Source: an uncultured Zetaproteobacteria bacterium (GTDB lineage: Bacteria; Pseudomonadota; Zetaproteobacteria; Mariprofundales; Mariprofundaceae). Taken from it: 64,000 bases of DNA. The stretch covers positions 52,968-116,967 of the forward strand of contig CAZYAI010000001.1 in NCBI GenBank assembly GCA_964645625.1. The letters are read 5' to 3'. Numbering within the stretch: position 1 is the first letter of the stretch; every line of letters starts with the position of its first letter. A program made the position numbers and the translations under genes. This document shows positions 53,593-63,941 of this stretch, in pieces. Under the pieces are notes generated by a model. That model had not been told where the DNA came from. It was given only the letters and a program-made list of their open reading frames with translations, and ran no database searches.

Positions 53593-55896
53593 ATGAAAAA
53601 AATGATGCTGATCAACGCATCGCATGAGGAAGAAAGTCGGGTCGCGCTGGTGGTAGATAACTACTTGCAAGAGCTGGACATCGAATCTGCACAAAAGTCC
53701 CTGACCAAAGGGAATATTTATAAGGCGACCATCACCAAGGTGGAGCCTAGTTTGCAAGCTGCCTTTGTTGAATATGGCGCAGCACGGCAAGCTTTTTTAC
53801 CGCTGAATGAGATCCACCCTGATTATTGGAAGGAAGGGGTCGATAAAACATCTGACCCGCGTAAAATCAGTATTCAAGATGTGGTGGAAAATCGCCAAAC
53901 GCTGTTGATTCAGGTGGTGAAAGAGGAGCGCGGTAACAAGGGGGCGGCAGTGACGACGTTTTTGTCGTTGGCGGGTCGTTACTTGGTGCTGATGCCCAAT
54001 ACCGAACGCGGTGGTATTTCACGCAAACTTTCGGACAGTGAACGCAAAACGATTAAAGATATTATTGCCCAGTTGAACGTGCCTGAAAAAACAGGGGTCA
54101 TCGTTCGTACGGCAGGGCGAGACCAGCCATTGGAAGCCCTGCAATGGGATTTCCAATACCTGCAACGCATTTGGGAAGAAATCCGCATTAAAGGTGAGTC
54201 GGCACCATCCCCAGCACTGATCTACCTTGAAGGTGATATTGCTACCCGTGCCATTCGCGATCACTTCACTGATGATATTGATGAAATTTGGGTCGATGAT
54301 CTTGAGCTGTTTAACCGCACTAAAAACTTTGTTCATGCGGTGTTGCCAGGTAAAGAAAGTCGGGTTAAGCATTACCGTAAGCAGAAGTCGATGTTCCGTC
54401 ACTTTAATGTTGAATCACAGTGCGAAGATATTCACGAGCGGGAAATTCGCCTGCCCTCAGGTGGGTCGATTGTGTTTGACCCTACCGAGGCGTTGACGGC
54501 GATTGATATTAACTCATCACGTGCCACAGGTGGCAAAAATATTGATGAAACAGCATTGGCGACTAACCTAGAAGCAGCAGCAGAGATTGCACGTCAATTG
54601 CGTATTCGTGATATTGGTGGGTTGGTGGTGATCGACTTTATTGATATGGCGAACCGCAAACATGCACAAGAGGTAGAAACCGTGTTGCGTGAGGCGACCA
54701 AGCCTGATAAAGCGCGTATTCAAATCACACGCATTTCTCGTTTTGGTTTGCTGGAGATGTCACGCCAACGGCTGCATCCTTCGGTGCGTGAATCAACGAC
54801 GGAAGTATGCCCGCGTTGCCGTGGCAAAGGTATGGTGCGGACGACGGAATCCATGGCGTTGCAAATGTTGACGCGCATGGAAGACTGGGCAGAAGCTGGT
54901 AAAAAGCCCACGCTGATTGTGCAAGTGCCATCGGATACGGGCGAATACTTGATGAATCGCAAGCGAGATAATATCGCTCAGATTGAAGCGTCGTATGATG
55001 TTCAAATCACCCTTCAGATTCGTCCAGAGTTTGATATTCCGCATTATCGTGTGGAACGTCAGTGGCATGACCAGCAGCAATTACGGACAGAGATTTTAGA
55101 AGATACCCTGCGCAGTAGGCGACCTACACGACCTACGCGGAAGTTGAAGCCGATGAAGCCTGTGGTGGGGATTCCTAAAATTCAGCATCCCCCCGTCAAA
55201 GCGGTGGAAACCGTGGTCGAGAAGGAAGAGAAGAAGGGTTTTGTTGCGCGTATTTTGGGTGCGCTTTTTGGTGCGCGCAGTGAAAAGGTCACGCAAACTA
55301 CGGAGGCTAAAGAGCCTGAAGCAGTGGTGGCGAAGGAATCAGAAAGACCGGCTAATCGTAATCGCAACCGCAACCGTAATCGCAATCGTAATCGCAACCG
55401 TAACCGCAAGACGGATGAGGCTGTTGCAGAAAAGACAACAGGAGCGGATGCTGAAGTTAAGCTTCAGCCAGCGGCTGCAAGCATAGATAAAAAAGACGAA
55501 GTCGAGAAACGACCAGAGGGCGAAAAACGGCGGCGTCCTAAACGTCGTAAGCCTAAAGCTGCTGCGGTTGCCGATGCTGGAGAAACAGCGGCAAGTACTG
55601 AAGCTCCTGTAGCTCCGCCTAAGGTTGTCGATGCGGTGGAAGGCGATCTTGCGACTGCGCAAACAGGTGATGATGAACAGCCAAAACGCCGTCGCCGTCG
55701 TCGCCGCCGTCGTCCTGCTAACGCTAATCAACAGGGGGATCAGGCTGTATCTGACAAGGTAACTGATGACTCACCTGCCGCCGCTCCACGTGATGTGGTG
55801 GATAAGCAGACGAAGGAACAGCCTGCTACTGCTGTAAAGGTAGAGCAGCAGTCCGCTCCGCAAGAAGTGAAAAAAGCTGTTTCTGTAGAAGAATAG
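53593..55896 (+). CDS. rne: ribonuclease E, short form (catalytic domain plus a reduced Arg-rich C-terminal region)
   Basis: MKKMMLINASHEEESRVALVVDNYLQELDIESAQKSLTKGNIYKATITKVEPSLQAAFVEYGAARQAFLPLNEI is collinear with RNase E/G S1 and catalytic domains. C-terminus has RNRNRNRNRNRNRNRNR and PKRRRRRRRRRP segments. Confidence 0.9.
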   Translation: MKKMMLINASHEEESRVALVVDNYLQELDIESAQKSLTKGNIYKATITKVEPSLQAAFVEYGAARQAFLPLNEIHPDYWKEGVDKTSDPRKISIQDVVENRQTLLIQVVKEERGNKGAAVTTFLSLAGRYLVLMPNTERGGISRKLSDSERKTIKDIIAQLNVPEKTGVIVRTAGRDQPLEALQWDFQYLQRIWEEIRIKGESAPSPALIYLEGDIATRAIRDHFTDDIDEIWVDDLELFNRTKNFVHAVLPGKESRVKHYRKQKSMFRHFNVESQCEDIHEREIRLPSGGSIVFDPTEALTAIDINSSRATGGKNIDETALATNLEAAAEIARQLRIRDIGGLVVIDFIDMANRKHAQEVETVLREATKPDKARIQITRISRFGLLEMSRQRLHPSVRESTTEVCPRCRGKGMVRTTESMALQMLTRMEDWAEAGKKPTLIVQVPSDTGEYLMNRKRDNIAQIEASYDVQITLQIRPEFDIPHYRVERQWHDQQQLRTEILEDTLRSRRPTRPTRKLKPMKPVVGIPKIQHPPVKAVETVVEKEEKKGFVARILGALFGARSEKVTQTTEAKEPEAVVAKESERPANRNRNRNRNRNRNRNRNRKTDEAVAEKTTGADAEVKLQPAAASIDKKDEVEKRPEGEKRRRPKRRKPKAAAVADAGETAASTEAPVAPPKVVDAVEGDLATAQTGDDEQPKRRRRRRRRRPANANQQGDQAVSDKVTDDSPAAAPRDVVDKQTKEQPATAVKVEQQSAPQEVKKAVSVEE

Positions 55897-55915
55897 TATC
55901 AGCCTCGATTGAGGT

Positions 55916-56080
55916 AAGTAGGTGCGCGGAATTATTTTAACATTTATCGCGCCGAATATTTCGCGATATTCAAGGCACAAAAAGGGGCGCATATTGTCAA
56001 TATGTAACCTTTTTTGTAACGCAGAAGATCGCGTGAATAGGCAAGCTAGAAATGTTAAAATAGTTTTGTGTGCCTACTTA
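55916..56080. repeat. 165 bp MITE-like element, copy B (inverted relative to copy A at 1999-2163)
   Basis: TAAGTAGGTGCGCGGAATTATTTTAACATTTATCGCG ... CTAGAAATGTTAAAATAGTTTTGTGTGCCTACTTA. Same nested TIRs as copy A. Begins 20 nt after the rne stop. Confidence 0.65.
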
Positions 56081-56259
56081 TGTACCTCTGTCCTGTGAAT
56101 CTGTGTGATAACAGGGCAGAGTTGGGTTTAATACATGGACGTGGCGTTTTGATGCGTTGTGCGCCCATGATTGCAAATGGTGCTTGGTGTGGGAATGATG
56201 GGCAACTGTGGCTCGTGCTCTCGTGCTGGGCTAGTTTTCACCAAAAAGAGGAGGAGTGT

Positions 56260-57207
56260 ATGCCAATAACACTTAATCATATTGCCCAGCAGGGTGAACG
56301 CGGCGCAGCGATGATGCCGATTATTCAAGGTGTCGGACGTGCAGCGATTGAAATTGCCGCGCTGTTACGCGGTGCTGTATTTCGTGGTGCTTTGGGTGCT
56401 GCAGGCGCAGAAAATGTGCAGGGTGAACAACAGCAAAAATTAGATATTTTGTCCGATGAAATTTTCTTGGATGAAATGCGTGCTACGGGTCATGTGTGCG
56501 CTGTAGGTTCGGAAGAACAAGAAGAGTTGTTGGTAATTTCGGAATACAGCCATGCTGACTATTTGGTCTTGGTTGACCCGCTGGATGGTTCATCCAATTT
56601 GGATGTTGATGGTCCTGTGGGAACGATTTTCTCAATTGTGAAACGTACATCAGCTAAAGATACCACACCTGTGGCAGCAGATACTTTGCAATCTGGTCGT
56701 GATGTGATTGCAGCGGGTTATGTGTTGTATGGTCCATCGACGATGTTGGTGTGTTCTGTCGGTAGTGGTGTGAATGGTTATTCTTACAACCCCAGTTCGG
56801 CGCGTTTTGAACTAAGCCATGCTGATATGCAGATTCCAGCAACGGGTGGTTATTATTCAGTGAATGAAGCCAATGCTGACAAATGGCTGGATAATATGGG
56901 TGACCGTTTACAGGCGTTGAAGCAGGAAAGTGGCTTGGGCATGCGTTATGTGGGCGCGATGGTTGCCGATATGCACCGTACCTTGCTCAAAGGCGGTATC
57001 TTTCTTTACCCTGCTGACGAAAAAAACACCAATGGTAAGCTGCGTTTGTTGTACGAAGCGATTCCTATGGGCTTTTTGATGGAGCAGGCTGGCGGTAAAG
57101 CGATGTCCAAAGATATTGCCGTGCTTGATGTGCAGCCTGAAGCATTGCATCAGCGTGTGCCTGTTTATTTGGGTGCAAATGCTGCCGTTGATAAGCTGTT
57201 GGGCTGA
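56260..57207 (+). CDS. fbp: fructose-1,6-bisphosphatase class 1 (likely also sedoheptulose-bisphosphatase in a CBB-cycle organism)
   Basis: MPITLNHIAQ... Metal-binding DPLDGSSN motif and GEQQQKLDILSDEIF. GAGGAGG RBS before the ATG at 56260. The listed ORF from 56068 is an upstream extension running through the MITE. Confidence 0.85.
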   Translation: MPITLNHIAQQGERGAAMMPIIQGVGRAAIEIAALLRGAVFRGALGAAGAENVQGEQQQKLDILSDEIFLDEMRATGHVCAVGSEEQEELLVISEYSHADYLVLVDPLDGSSNLDVDGPVGTIFSIVKRTSAKDTTPVAADTLQSGRDVIAAGYVLYGPSTMLVCSVGSGVNGYSYNPSSARFELSHADMQIPATGGYYSVNEANADKWLDNMGDRLQALKQESGLGMRYVGAMVADMHRTLLKGGIFLYPADEKNTNGKLRLLYEAIPMGFLMEQAGGKAMSKDIAVLDVQPEALHQRVPVYLGANAAVDKLLG

Positions 57208-57227
57208 TTGTTTTTTTTGGTACTGTA

Positions 57228-57258
57228 GGGATACCCCTTGTGGGTATCCCTTTTTTTG
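57228..57258 (+). terminator. rho-independent terminator after fbp
   Basis: GGGATACCCCTTGTGGGTATCCCTTTTTTTG. Confidence 0.7.
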
Positions 57259-57297
57259 TAATGTTTTATTTCCAATAAACCGACACTGGAATTTCTT

Positions 57298-58680
57298 ATG
57301 AACAATAAACAAACACGTATTGAACGCGATTCTATGGGTGAAATGGCTGTGCCTGTTGATGCCATGTATGGTCCACAAACGGCACGTGCTTTGGCGAATT
57401 TTCCCGTTTCTGGGTTGCGCTTTCCTCGTGTGTTTATCCGCGCCTTGGGTCAGATTAAAAAAGCAGCAGCGCAGGTCAATCACGAGCTACAACGCCTCGA
57501 TGCTGAGCGCAGTGCTTTGATTGTGCAGGTGGCCGATGAGGTGATTGATGGTCAATGGGACGATCAATTTGTGCTCGATATTTTCCAAACAGGCTCAGGC
57601 ACTTCCACCAATATGAATGCCAACGAGGTGATGGCGCATCGCTGTGCGCAATTAAATGCGGCAGTCGCGGTTCACCCCAATGATGATATTAACAAAGGGC
57701 AATCATCCAACGATGTGATTCCTACAGCGATTCATCTGGCGGCGGCGGATGTGTTGCAACATCAATTGATGCCAGCATTGCAGCATTTGCACGAAGCTTT
57801 AAGCGGTAAAGCGGAAGCGACGATGGGCGTGCTTAAAATTGGGCGCACCCATTTGATGGATGCTACGCCGATTAGCTTGGGTCAGGAGGTTTCTGCTTGG
57901 GCGCGGCAAGTTGAATTGGGTATGGCGCGCTTGCAGTCGGTGTTGCCGCGATTGTGCGAATTAGCGCAGGGTGGTACGGCAGTAGGGACGGGGTTGAACA
58001 CCCATCCGCAGTTTGGTTCGGCGATAGCAGCGCGTTTGGCAGCAGCCTATGATATACCTTTCACCGAGGCTGTGAATCATTTTGAGGCGCAAGCAGCACA
58101 GGATGCGATTGTGGAACTGTCGGGGCAGTTGCGTGGTGTTGCGGTATCCTTGCTTAAAATTGCCAACGATGTGCGTTTGCTCAATGCCGGGCCGCGTTGT
58201 GGCTTGGGTGAAATCAGTGTGCCAGCGGTGCAGCCAGGCTCTTCTATTATGCCTGGTAAGGTGAACCCTGTGATTGCGGAGTCTTTGGCGCAGGTGTGTG
58301 CGCAGGTGATTGGCAATGATGCTGCGATTGCTTGTGGTGGTGCTTCAGGCTTGCTGGATTTGAATGTGATGTTGCCGATGATGGTGCATAATGTATTGGA
58401 ATCCGAGCAGTTGCTGGCTAATGCTTGCCGTATGTTTGCAGATCGCTGCATTGCAGGGCTAGAAGCCAACGAAGAACGTTGCCGCGAGCAGATTGAGTGG
58501 AGCATGAGTATGGTGACAGCCTTAGCCCCCGTGATTGGTTATGATCGCGCTGCAGAATTGGCAAAACAGGCAGTGGCAGAGCGCAAAACTGTGCGTCAGT
58601 TATGCCAAGAGCAGCAGGTTCTTGCTGTTGATGAATTAGATCGTTTGCTTGCCCCTGAATCAATGTTGCACCCCGCCTGA
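57298..58680 (+). CDS. fumC: class II fumarate hydratase (fumarase C; aspartase/fumarase superfamily)
   Basis: GSSIMPGKVNPV signature. QTGSGTSTNMNANEV (FumC-like QTGSGT rather than AspA QGGAGT). 460 aa. Confidence 0.75.
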   Translation: MNNKQTRIERDSMGEMAVPVDAMYGPQTARALANFPVSGLRFPRVFIRALGQIKKAAAQVNHELQRLDAERSALIVQVADEVIDGQWDDQFVLDIFQTGSGTSTNMNANEVMAHRCAQLNAAVAVHPNDDINKGQSSNDVIPTAIHLAAADVLQHQLMPALQHLHEALSGKAEATMGVLKIGRTHLMDATPISLGQEVSAWARQVELGMARLQSVLPRLCELAQGGTAVGTGLNTHPQFGSAIAARLAAAYDIPFTEAVNHFEAQAAQDAIVELSGQLRGVAVSLLKIANDVRLLNAGPRCGLGEISVPAVQPGSSIMPGKVNPVIAESLAQVCAQVIGNDAAIACGGASGLLDLNVMLPMMVHNVLESEQLLANACRMFADRCIAGLEANEERCREQIEWSMSMVTALAPVIGYDRAAELAKQAVAERKTVRQLCQEQQVLAVDELDRLLAPESMLHPA

Positions 58681-59252
58681 TGATTGGTTGGTTGCATGGC
58701 ACAGTGCGGGAGCTTGATGCCGCTGGTTCGGTGCTGCTAGAAACCCACGGTGTTGGTTACGATGTTACCATCAGTTTGCAAACCTTGTGCGCGCTTAAAT
58801 GCGGCGATCTTGCATCGTTGTACATTCATACCTATGTGCGGGAAGATCAATTGCAATTATTCGGTTTCTTAGATGCCGATGAACGTGCTCTTTTTCGGCG
58901 CTTGAATGGTGTTTCTGGTATTGGTGCGCGCATGGCATTGAACTTGATGTCTGGCATGCCAATGCTGGATTTGGTTGCAGCGATTGAACAGGCGGATGAT
59001 GCAGCTATTGCACGCACCCCAGGCATCGGGAAAAAAACAGCGCAACGCCTGATTTTGGAACTGCAAGGCAAGTTGGTGGTACACGGCACACATGAAGCAG
59101 GCGGGGCTCCTGTGGTATCGCGGCAAGATGTCCATTCGGCTTTGGTGAACTTGGGTTACCGTGCGGCTGTCGTGGACAAAGCCTTGCGTAGCATCGACCC
59201 GAAACTTGATTTTGAGCAAGCCTTTAAACAGGCGTTGAAGGCGTTGGCATGA
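58680..59252 (+). CDS. ruvA: Holliday junction DNA helicase RuvA
   Basis: MIGWLHGTV...GVGYDV... OB fold, two HhH motifs ([31 protein letters not shown]), and a C-terminal RuvB-interaction domain. Confidence 0.9.
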   Translation: MIGWLHGTVRELDAAGSVLLETHGVGYDVTISLQTLCALKCGDLASLYIHTYVREDQLQLFGFLDADERALFRRLNGVSGIGARMALNLMSGMPMLDLVAAIEQADDAAIARTPGIGKKTAQRLILELQGKLVVHGTHEAGGAPVVSRQDVHSALVNLGYRAAVVDKALRSIDPKLDFEQAFKQALKALA

Positions 59253-60250
59253 CCGAGGAAGAGCGTCTGATTGATGGTCAGATGATGGCTGGCGATCAAG
59301 ACACAGCATTACGCCCACGGCAACTATCCGAATATATTGGGCAAAACAAAATTAAAGATAATTTATCGGTGTTTATTCGTGCGGCACGGGCGCGGAAAGA
59401 AAACCTCGATCATGTTTTGCTCTATGGTCCACCTGGTTTAGGTAAGACGACGCTGGCAAATATTATTGCCGCTGAAATGGGCGTGAATATTCGCAGTACA
59501 TCTGGTCCTGTGATTGAGCGTGCTGGTGATTTGGCAGCGATTTTGACCAATTTGGAAGCTGGTGATGTACTGTTTATTGATGAAATTCATCGCCTTAATC
59601 CGCAAGTGGAAGAAATTTTGTACCCTGCGATGGAAGACTTCCAGCTGGATATTGTGATTGGTCAAGGCCCTGCCGCCCGTTCCATCAAAATGGACTTGCC
59701 GCCATTTACCCTGCTTGGTGCCACAACACGCGCAGGAATGTTGACCAACCCCTTGCGTGATCGTTTTGGTGTATTGCTGCGCTTGGAGTTTTACTCCCAC
59801 GAAGAGCTTACGCGTATTGTTAGCCGTTCTGCTCAGTTGCTTAACATTGCTAACGATGCAGCAGGCTGCCAAGAAATCGCCTGCCGTTCACGCGGCACAC
59901 CGCGTATTGCCAACCGTTTGTTGCGGCGAGTACGCGATTTTGCTGAGGTGGACTTTCAAGGTCATATTACCCAGTCCGTGGCAGATACTGCTTTAGAGCG
60001 ATTAGAAGTTGATCACCGTGGGCTTGATCATATGGATCGTAAGTTGTTGCTGGCATTGATTGATCTGCATGGCGGTGGACCTGTAGGGCTGGATACCTTG
60101 GCAGCAACCATAGCCGAAGAGCGTGATACCATTGAGGATGTGATCGAGCCTTTTTTAATGCAGGAAGGGTTGATTAGTCGCACGCCCCGTGGACGTGTTG
60201 CTACTTCCCTTGCCTACAAACACCTTAATCGTGGCGGCGCACTGTTTTGA
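59249..60250 (+). CDS. ruvB: Holliday junction branch-migration ATPase RuvB
   Basis: Walker [19 protein letters not shown]. Walker [11 protein letters not shown]. Sensor GATTRAG. Confidence 0.95.
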   Translation: MTEEERLIDGQMMAGDQDTALRPRQLSEYIGQNKIKDNLSVFIRAARARKENLDHVLLYGPPGLGKTTLANIIAAEMGVNIRSTSGPVIERAGDLAAILTNLEAGDVLFIDEIHRLNPQVEEILYPAMEDFQLDIVIGQGPAARSIKMDLPPFTLLGATTRAGMLTNPLRDRFGVLLRLEFYSHEELTRIVSRSAQLLNIANDAAGCQEIACRSRGTPRIANRLLRRVRDFAEVDFQGHITQSVADTALERLEVDHRGLDHMDRKLLLALIDLHGGGPVGLDTLAATIAEERDTIEDVIEPFLMQEGLISRTPRGRVATSLAYKHLNRGGALF

Positions 60251-60379
60251 CACCTAAATCCTGCGGTGCTTTGTGTCGTTCGTGGCTGCTATATCTTGCG
60301 AGTTGCAGGCGGCATGGTTAGCGTCGCCAGCCATTTTGTATGGCTGATAAGGTCATGATGCTGTTTTACTGGGGATTAT

Positions 60380-62296
60380 ATGCTTGAGACTATGCGCAAT
60401 CAGGCGCAATCATGGATTGCAAAGCTTATTTTGGGCGGGATTGCCTTATCGTTTGGCTTATGGGGCGTGGGTGATTACTTTCTTGGTAGTCGCGTTGAAT
60501 ATGTCGCAGAGGTGGATGATGCACCGATCACTGATTTAGAGTTTAAACAGGCGTTTGAACGTCAGGTTAATGCTTATCGCTCAATGATGGGACGTAATCT
60601 TTCCAAAGATATGATTAAGCAATTGGGGCTGAAGTCAGAAACGTTGCAGACTTTGGTCAACCGTCGTTTGTTGGCAGAAGAAGCCTCGAAAATGGGCTTG
60701 GTAACTTCCGAAGCGGTGTTGGTTTCCAGTGTGCGCAATAATCCTTCGTTCCAATCGGCAGGTAATTTTGATCCCCAAAGATACCGTATTTTAACCCGTA
60801 ATATGGGTTTCCGTACTACTTTAGACTTTGAAAACGAAATGCGCCTCAACTTGATGGTCGAATCGTTGCAAAAAGCGATTGCGGATTCTGCACGTGTAAG
60901 TGACCGTGAATTGCGCGATGCTTTTGACCGTGAGTATGAACAGCGCGTGATTGCAGCGGTGATGATTGATCCTGAATCATTGCGTGACGGGATTACCATC
61001 AGCGATGCCCAAGCGCGTGCGTGGTATGACGCACACCAAGAGCGGTATCAGTCACAAGAGAAGGTGGTTGCACACGTCGTAGTGATTGATCCTAAAGGCT
61101 TAGGTAAAGATCTAGAGCTTAGCGAAGATGATATTAATGCAGCCTATGAGGCAGCAAAAGATTCCTTTGTTGTGCCAGAAACTCGTCATGCACGTGAAAT
61201 TATGATTCGTGTTGGTACCGTGGCAGAAGAAGCGGACTGGAAAAAAGCTGAAGCGCGCATGAAAGCCGTACAAGATCGTTTGGCTAAAGGTGAAAACTTT
61301 GCCGATGTTGCCAAGGCGACCTCGGATGATGTGACTGCCGAAGACGGTGGAGACTTGGGCTTGGTGGCAGCGGGTTCTTTGCCTCCACAGCTAGATGAAG
61401 CCTTGTTTGCGATGAGCGAAGGTACAACCAGTAGCGTGATTAAGGCTGATAATGGCTTGTTTTTGCTGCAGCTTGAGTCAATCACGCCCAAAGGAACGAA
61501 AGCTTTAGCAGATGTTCATGATGAGTTGGCTGCACGATTGCGCGCTGAGCGGGCAAAAGAAGAAGCGTATCAATTGTCGCGAGACTTGGATGATGCTTTG
61601 GGTATGGAAGACTCTTTGGTGGCAGCAGCCAAAACAACCAATCTGACCTTGCATGACACGGGTGCGATCAGCCGTGAAGAAGCTTTGGCAGATGCGTTGT
61701 TGAGCAGCAGTCCTGAGCTGTTGGCACAGGTGTTTCGCACGCAGCCAGGTGAAGTGATTCATATTACCGAATTAAAAGATGGTCGCTTTGCAGCAGTGGA
61801 AGTGAGCGAGCGTATTGCACCTGAAGTACTGCCATTTAAAGATGTGGCTGCCAGTGTGTATGATGATGCCAAGAGCGACCAAGCGACGACGAAGGCGCGT
61901 GATTTGGCAAAGTCATTGCTTGACGCTAAAGATGGTGTGCCTTCACCTGATGACGTAGCACAACAGGCAGGACAAGCGAAGTTTTTGTCTAAAGCAGTGC
62001 GCCGCAACGGTTTGGGTGATGATTCAGCGTGGCTGACCAAGGCTGTGATTGACGCTGGCTTTCATGCTACTAAAGGGCAATGGAACCCTAATGTAGTGGA
62101 AACATCGCGTGGTATGGCTTTGGTGTACGTGCAAGACGTGATCGCCGCCAGTGATGATGAGTTTGCGCAACAGAAAGAAACAATTCGCGATGAAAACAAG
62201 CGTGCGAAAGGGGCTGTTCGTTTCGCCCGTTGGATGGCTACTGTACGTGACCAGCATGATATTGTAACCCATCAAGCGGTATTGGATCGCATTTAA
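60380..62296 (+). CDS. ppiD: periplasmic chaperone / peptidyl-prolyl isomerase PpiD
   Basis: N-terminal TM anchor (AKLILGGIALSFGLWGV), SurA-like N-domain, central parvulin-like domain. 638 aa. Confidence 0.8.
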   Translation: MLETMRNQAQSWIAKLILGGIALSFGLWGVGDYFLGSRVEYVAEVDDAPITDLEFKQAFERQVNAYRSMMGRNLSKDMIKQLGLKSETLQTLVNRRLLAEEASKMGLVTSEAVLVSSVRNNPSFQSAGNFDPQRYRILTRNMGFRTTLDFENEMRLNLMVESLQKAIADSARVSDRELRDAFDREYEQRVIAAVMIDPESLRDGITISDAQARAWYDAHQERYQSQEKVVAHVVVIDPKGLGKDLELSEDDINAAYEAAKDSFVVPETRHAREIMIRVGTVAEEADWKKAEARMKAVQDRLAKGENFADVAKATSDDVTAEDGGDLGLVAAGSLPPQLDEALFAMSEGTTSSVIKADNGLFLLQLESITPKGTKALADVHDELAARLRAERAKEEAYQLSRDLDDALGMEDSLVAAAKTTNLTLHDTGAISREEALADALLSSSPELLAQVFRTQPGEVIHITELKDGRFAAVEVSERIAPEVLPFKDVAASVYDDAKSDQATTKARDLAKSLLDAKDGVPSPDDVAQQAGQAKFLSKAVRRNGLGDDSAWLTKAVIDAGFHATKGQWNPNVVETSRGMALVYVQDVIAASDDEFAQQKETIRDENKRAKGAVRFARWMATVRDQHDIVTHQAVLDRI

Positions 62297-62385
62297 TTGG
62301 TAGTAAGCGTTCGCTTGGCGATTGAGCTTGTGGCTTGCTGTTGTTGCGATGCCTTGTTGTTTTGTCGCTGAGTGAACGATTATCT

Positions 62386-62877
62386 ATGACCCATTCTATT
62401 ACTGATGCGACGTTCAAGGGTTACGGTCAGGATGTCTATCTCTGGCTTGGCATTGGCTTGTTGGCACCGATTGTGTTATTGCCATTGCGTTTGGCCTTTG
62501 GTGATGGTTCGCCCGCCTTTGGCGTGATCATTGAATCACGCTGGCTATTATTGGGCGGATGTTTGTTATTGGTCGCTTGTGCGGCAGATACCACATTGAG
62601 CTTGGTGGAACGCTACCAGCGAGACGGCGAAATAGGTGCGCTTGTCGCTTATTGTGCTGCCAGTTGGGTGTTTGTTTTTGTGTTGTTGGTTCCCTTTATT
62701 ACCTCTTCACCCGCGCATGGTTGGTGGTTGTCTGCGTTGTTTGCTGTTCATGCGTGGCGTGCTGGTTTGGCATTGTGGCGTGGGCAAACGCAATGGTGGT
62801 TGTGGTATGCATGGTGGCGTGACTGCACGGCTGCTGTCAGCTTATTCTTTTGGCTCGCATACTGGCCTGTTTACTGA
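62386..62877 (+). CDS. hypothetical integral membrane protein (Trp-rich, ~4 TM)
   Basis: MTHSITDATFKGYG... followed by hydrophobic helices. No family recognised. Stop overlaps the next start (TGATG). Confidence 0.4.
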   Translation: MTHSITDATFKGYGQDVYLWLGIGLLAPIVLLPLRLAFGDGSPAFGVIIESRWLLLGGCLLLVACAADTTLSLVERYQRDGEIGALVAYCAASWVFVFVLLVPFITSSPAHGWWLSALFAVHAWRAGLALWRGQTQWWLWYAWWRDCTAAVSLFFWLAYWPVY

Positions 62878-63941
62878 TGTCTATTCTTTTTCGGTGGTTG
62901 TTCCAACAGGGGCTATGGCGGGTGCTGGGAACCTTGATCGTGGTGCTGGGCATTTTCATTATCGTGGAATTGTTTGATAAATCACGCCTGCTCGGTCACG
63001 GTATGGATGCGGCAATTCTAAGTGAGTATTTACTACTCAAAATCCCTTATATGTCAGCAGAGTTGATGCCGGTGGTGGTGCTGTTGGGTTTAAGTATTTT
63101 TTTGGTGGAGTTGTCTCACCATCAAGAAATTGCAGCTTTGCGGGCTGCGGGTGTCGGCTTAGGTGGCGTGCTGCGCCCTTTGTTGATGGTGGCATTGTGT
63201 GCAACGCTGTTGAGCTTTGTGATTAACGAGTGGGTCACGCCCTTAACCAATCAACGATTAGATACGATTGAGCGCGTTAATGTTCATCATCAAGCAGTCG
63301 CTGATGCGCATGGTATTCAATGGTTGCGCGATGGCTTGCGGATGCTACGTATTCGACCATTGGGCGATGATGTTTTTGCGATAATGGTGTTGGAAACGGA
63401 TGAAGCAGGACGTTGGTTGCAACGTATGGATGCTGCTAAGGCAATGTACCGTGATGGCAGTTGGCAGTTGCAACAGGTGGATGTGAGTCACCCCGATGCT
63501 AAAGAGGGAATGCTTATGCAGCACTTGGCGCAGACTAGTTTTTCCTCTTCGGCAGGGCCTGATGCCGCAGCACCGCCGCAAGCCAGTCATATGCGTTTTT
63601 TGGCGTTGTTGGAGTACAGTAATGTATTGCAGCAGGCAGGTATGAGTAATGGTGCTTATGTTTTTGCTTTGCATCGCAAACTGACTGCGCCGTTGGCCTG
63701 TTTAGTGATGGCTTTATTGGCGATTGCTTTGTGTATGAATATGGGGTCGCGTTTGGCAGCACGTTCTTTTGGTTTGGCTGCCGCTATTGCCTTGGGGTTG
63801 ATGTTTTATGTGCTCAGTAATGCCAGCGGTATGCTTGCGGGCGGTGAACGTCTGCCGCCATCTTATGCTGCTTGGTTACCGATTTTGTTTTTTGGTGGTG
63901 TAGCAGGTTTTTTGTTGATGCACCGCGAGTCCTTGCATTGA
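62877..63941 (+). CDS. LptF/LptG-family (YjgP/YjgQ) LPS export permease
   Basis: 355 aa. N-terminal TM bundle, periplasmic beta-jellyroll region, C-terminal TM helices. ...ELMPVVVLLGLSIFL... typical of this family. Cannot decide between lptF and lptG. Confidence 0.7.
   Translation: MSILFRWLFQQGLWRVLGTLIVVLGIFIIVELFDKSRLLGHGMDAAILSEYLLLKIPYMSAELMPVVVLLGLSIFLVELSHHQEIAALRAAGVGLGGVLRPLLMVALCATLLSFVINEWVTPLTNQRLDTIERVNVHHQAVADAHGIQWLRDGLRMLRIRPLGDDVFAIMVLETDEAGRWLQRMDAAKAMYRDGSWQLQQVDVSHPDAKEGMLMQHLAQTSFSSSAGPDAAAPPQASHMRFLALLEYSNVLQQAGMSNGAYVFALHRKLTAPLACLVMALLAIALCMNMGSRLAARSFGLAAAIALGLMFYVLSNASGMLAGGERLPPSYAAWLPILFFGGVAGFLLMHRESLH

Noticed and set aside
56068-56259. N-terminal 64 codons of the listed 379 aa ORF preceding fbp
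   Set aside because: This stretch runs through the MITE copy B and has no RBS. The authentic start with a GAGGAGG RBS is at 56260 (MPITLNHI...).
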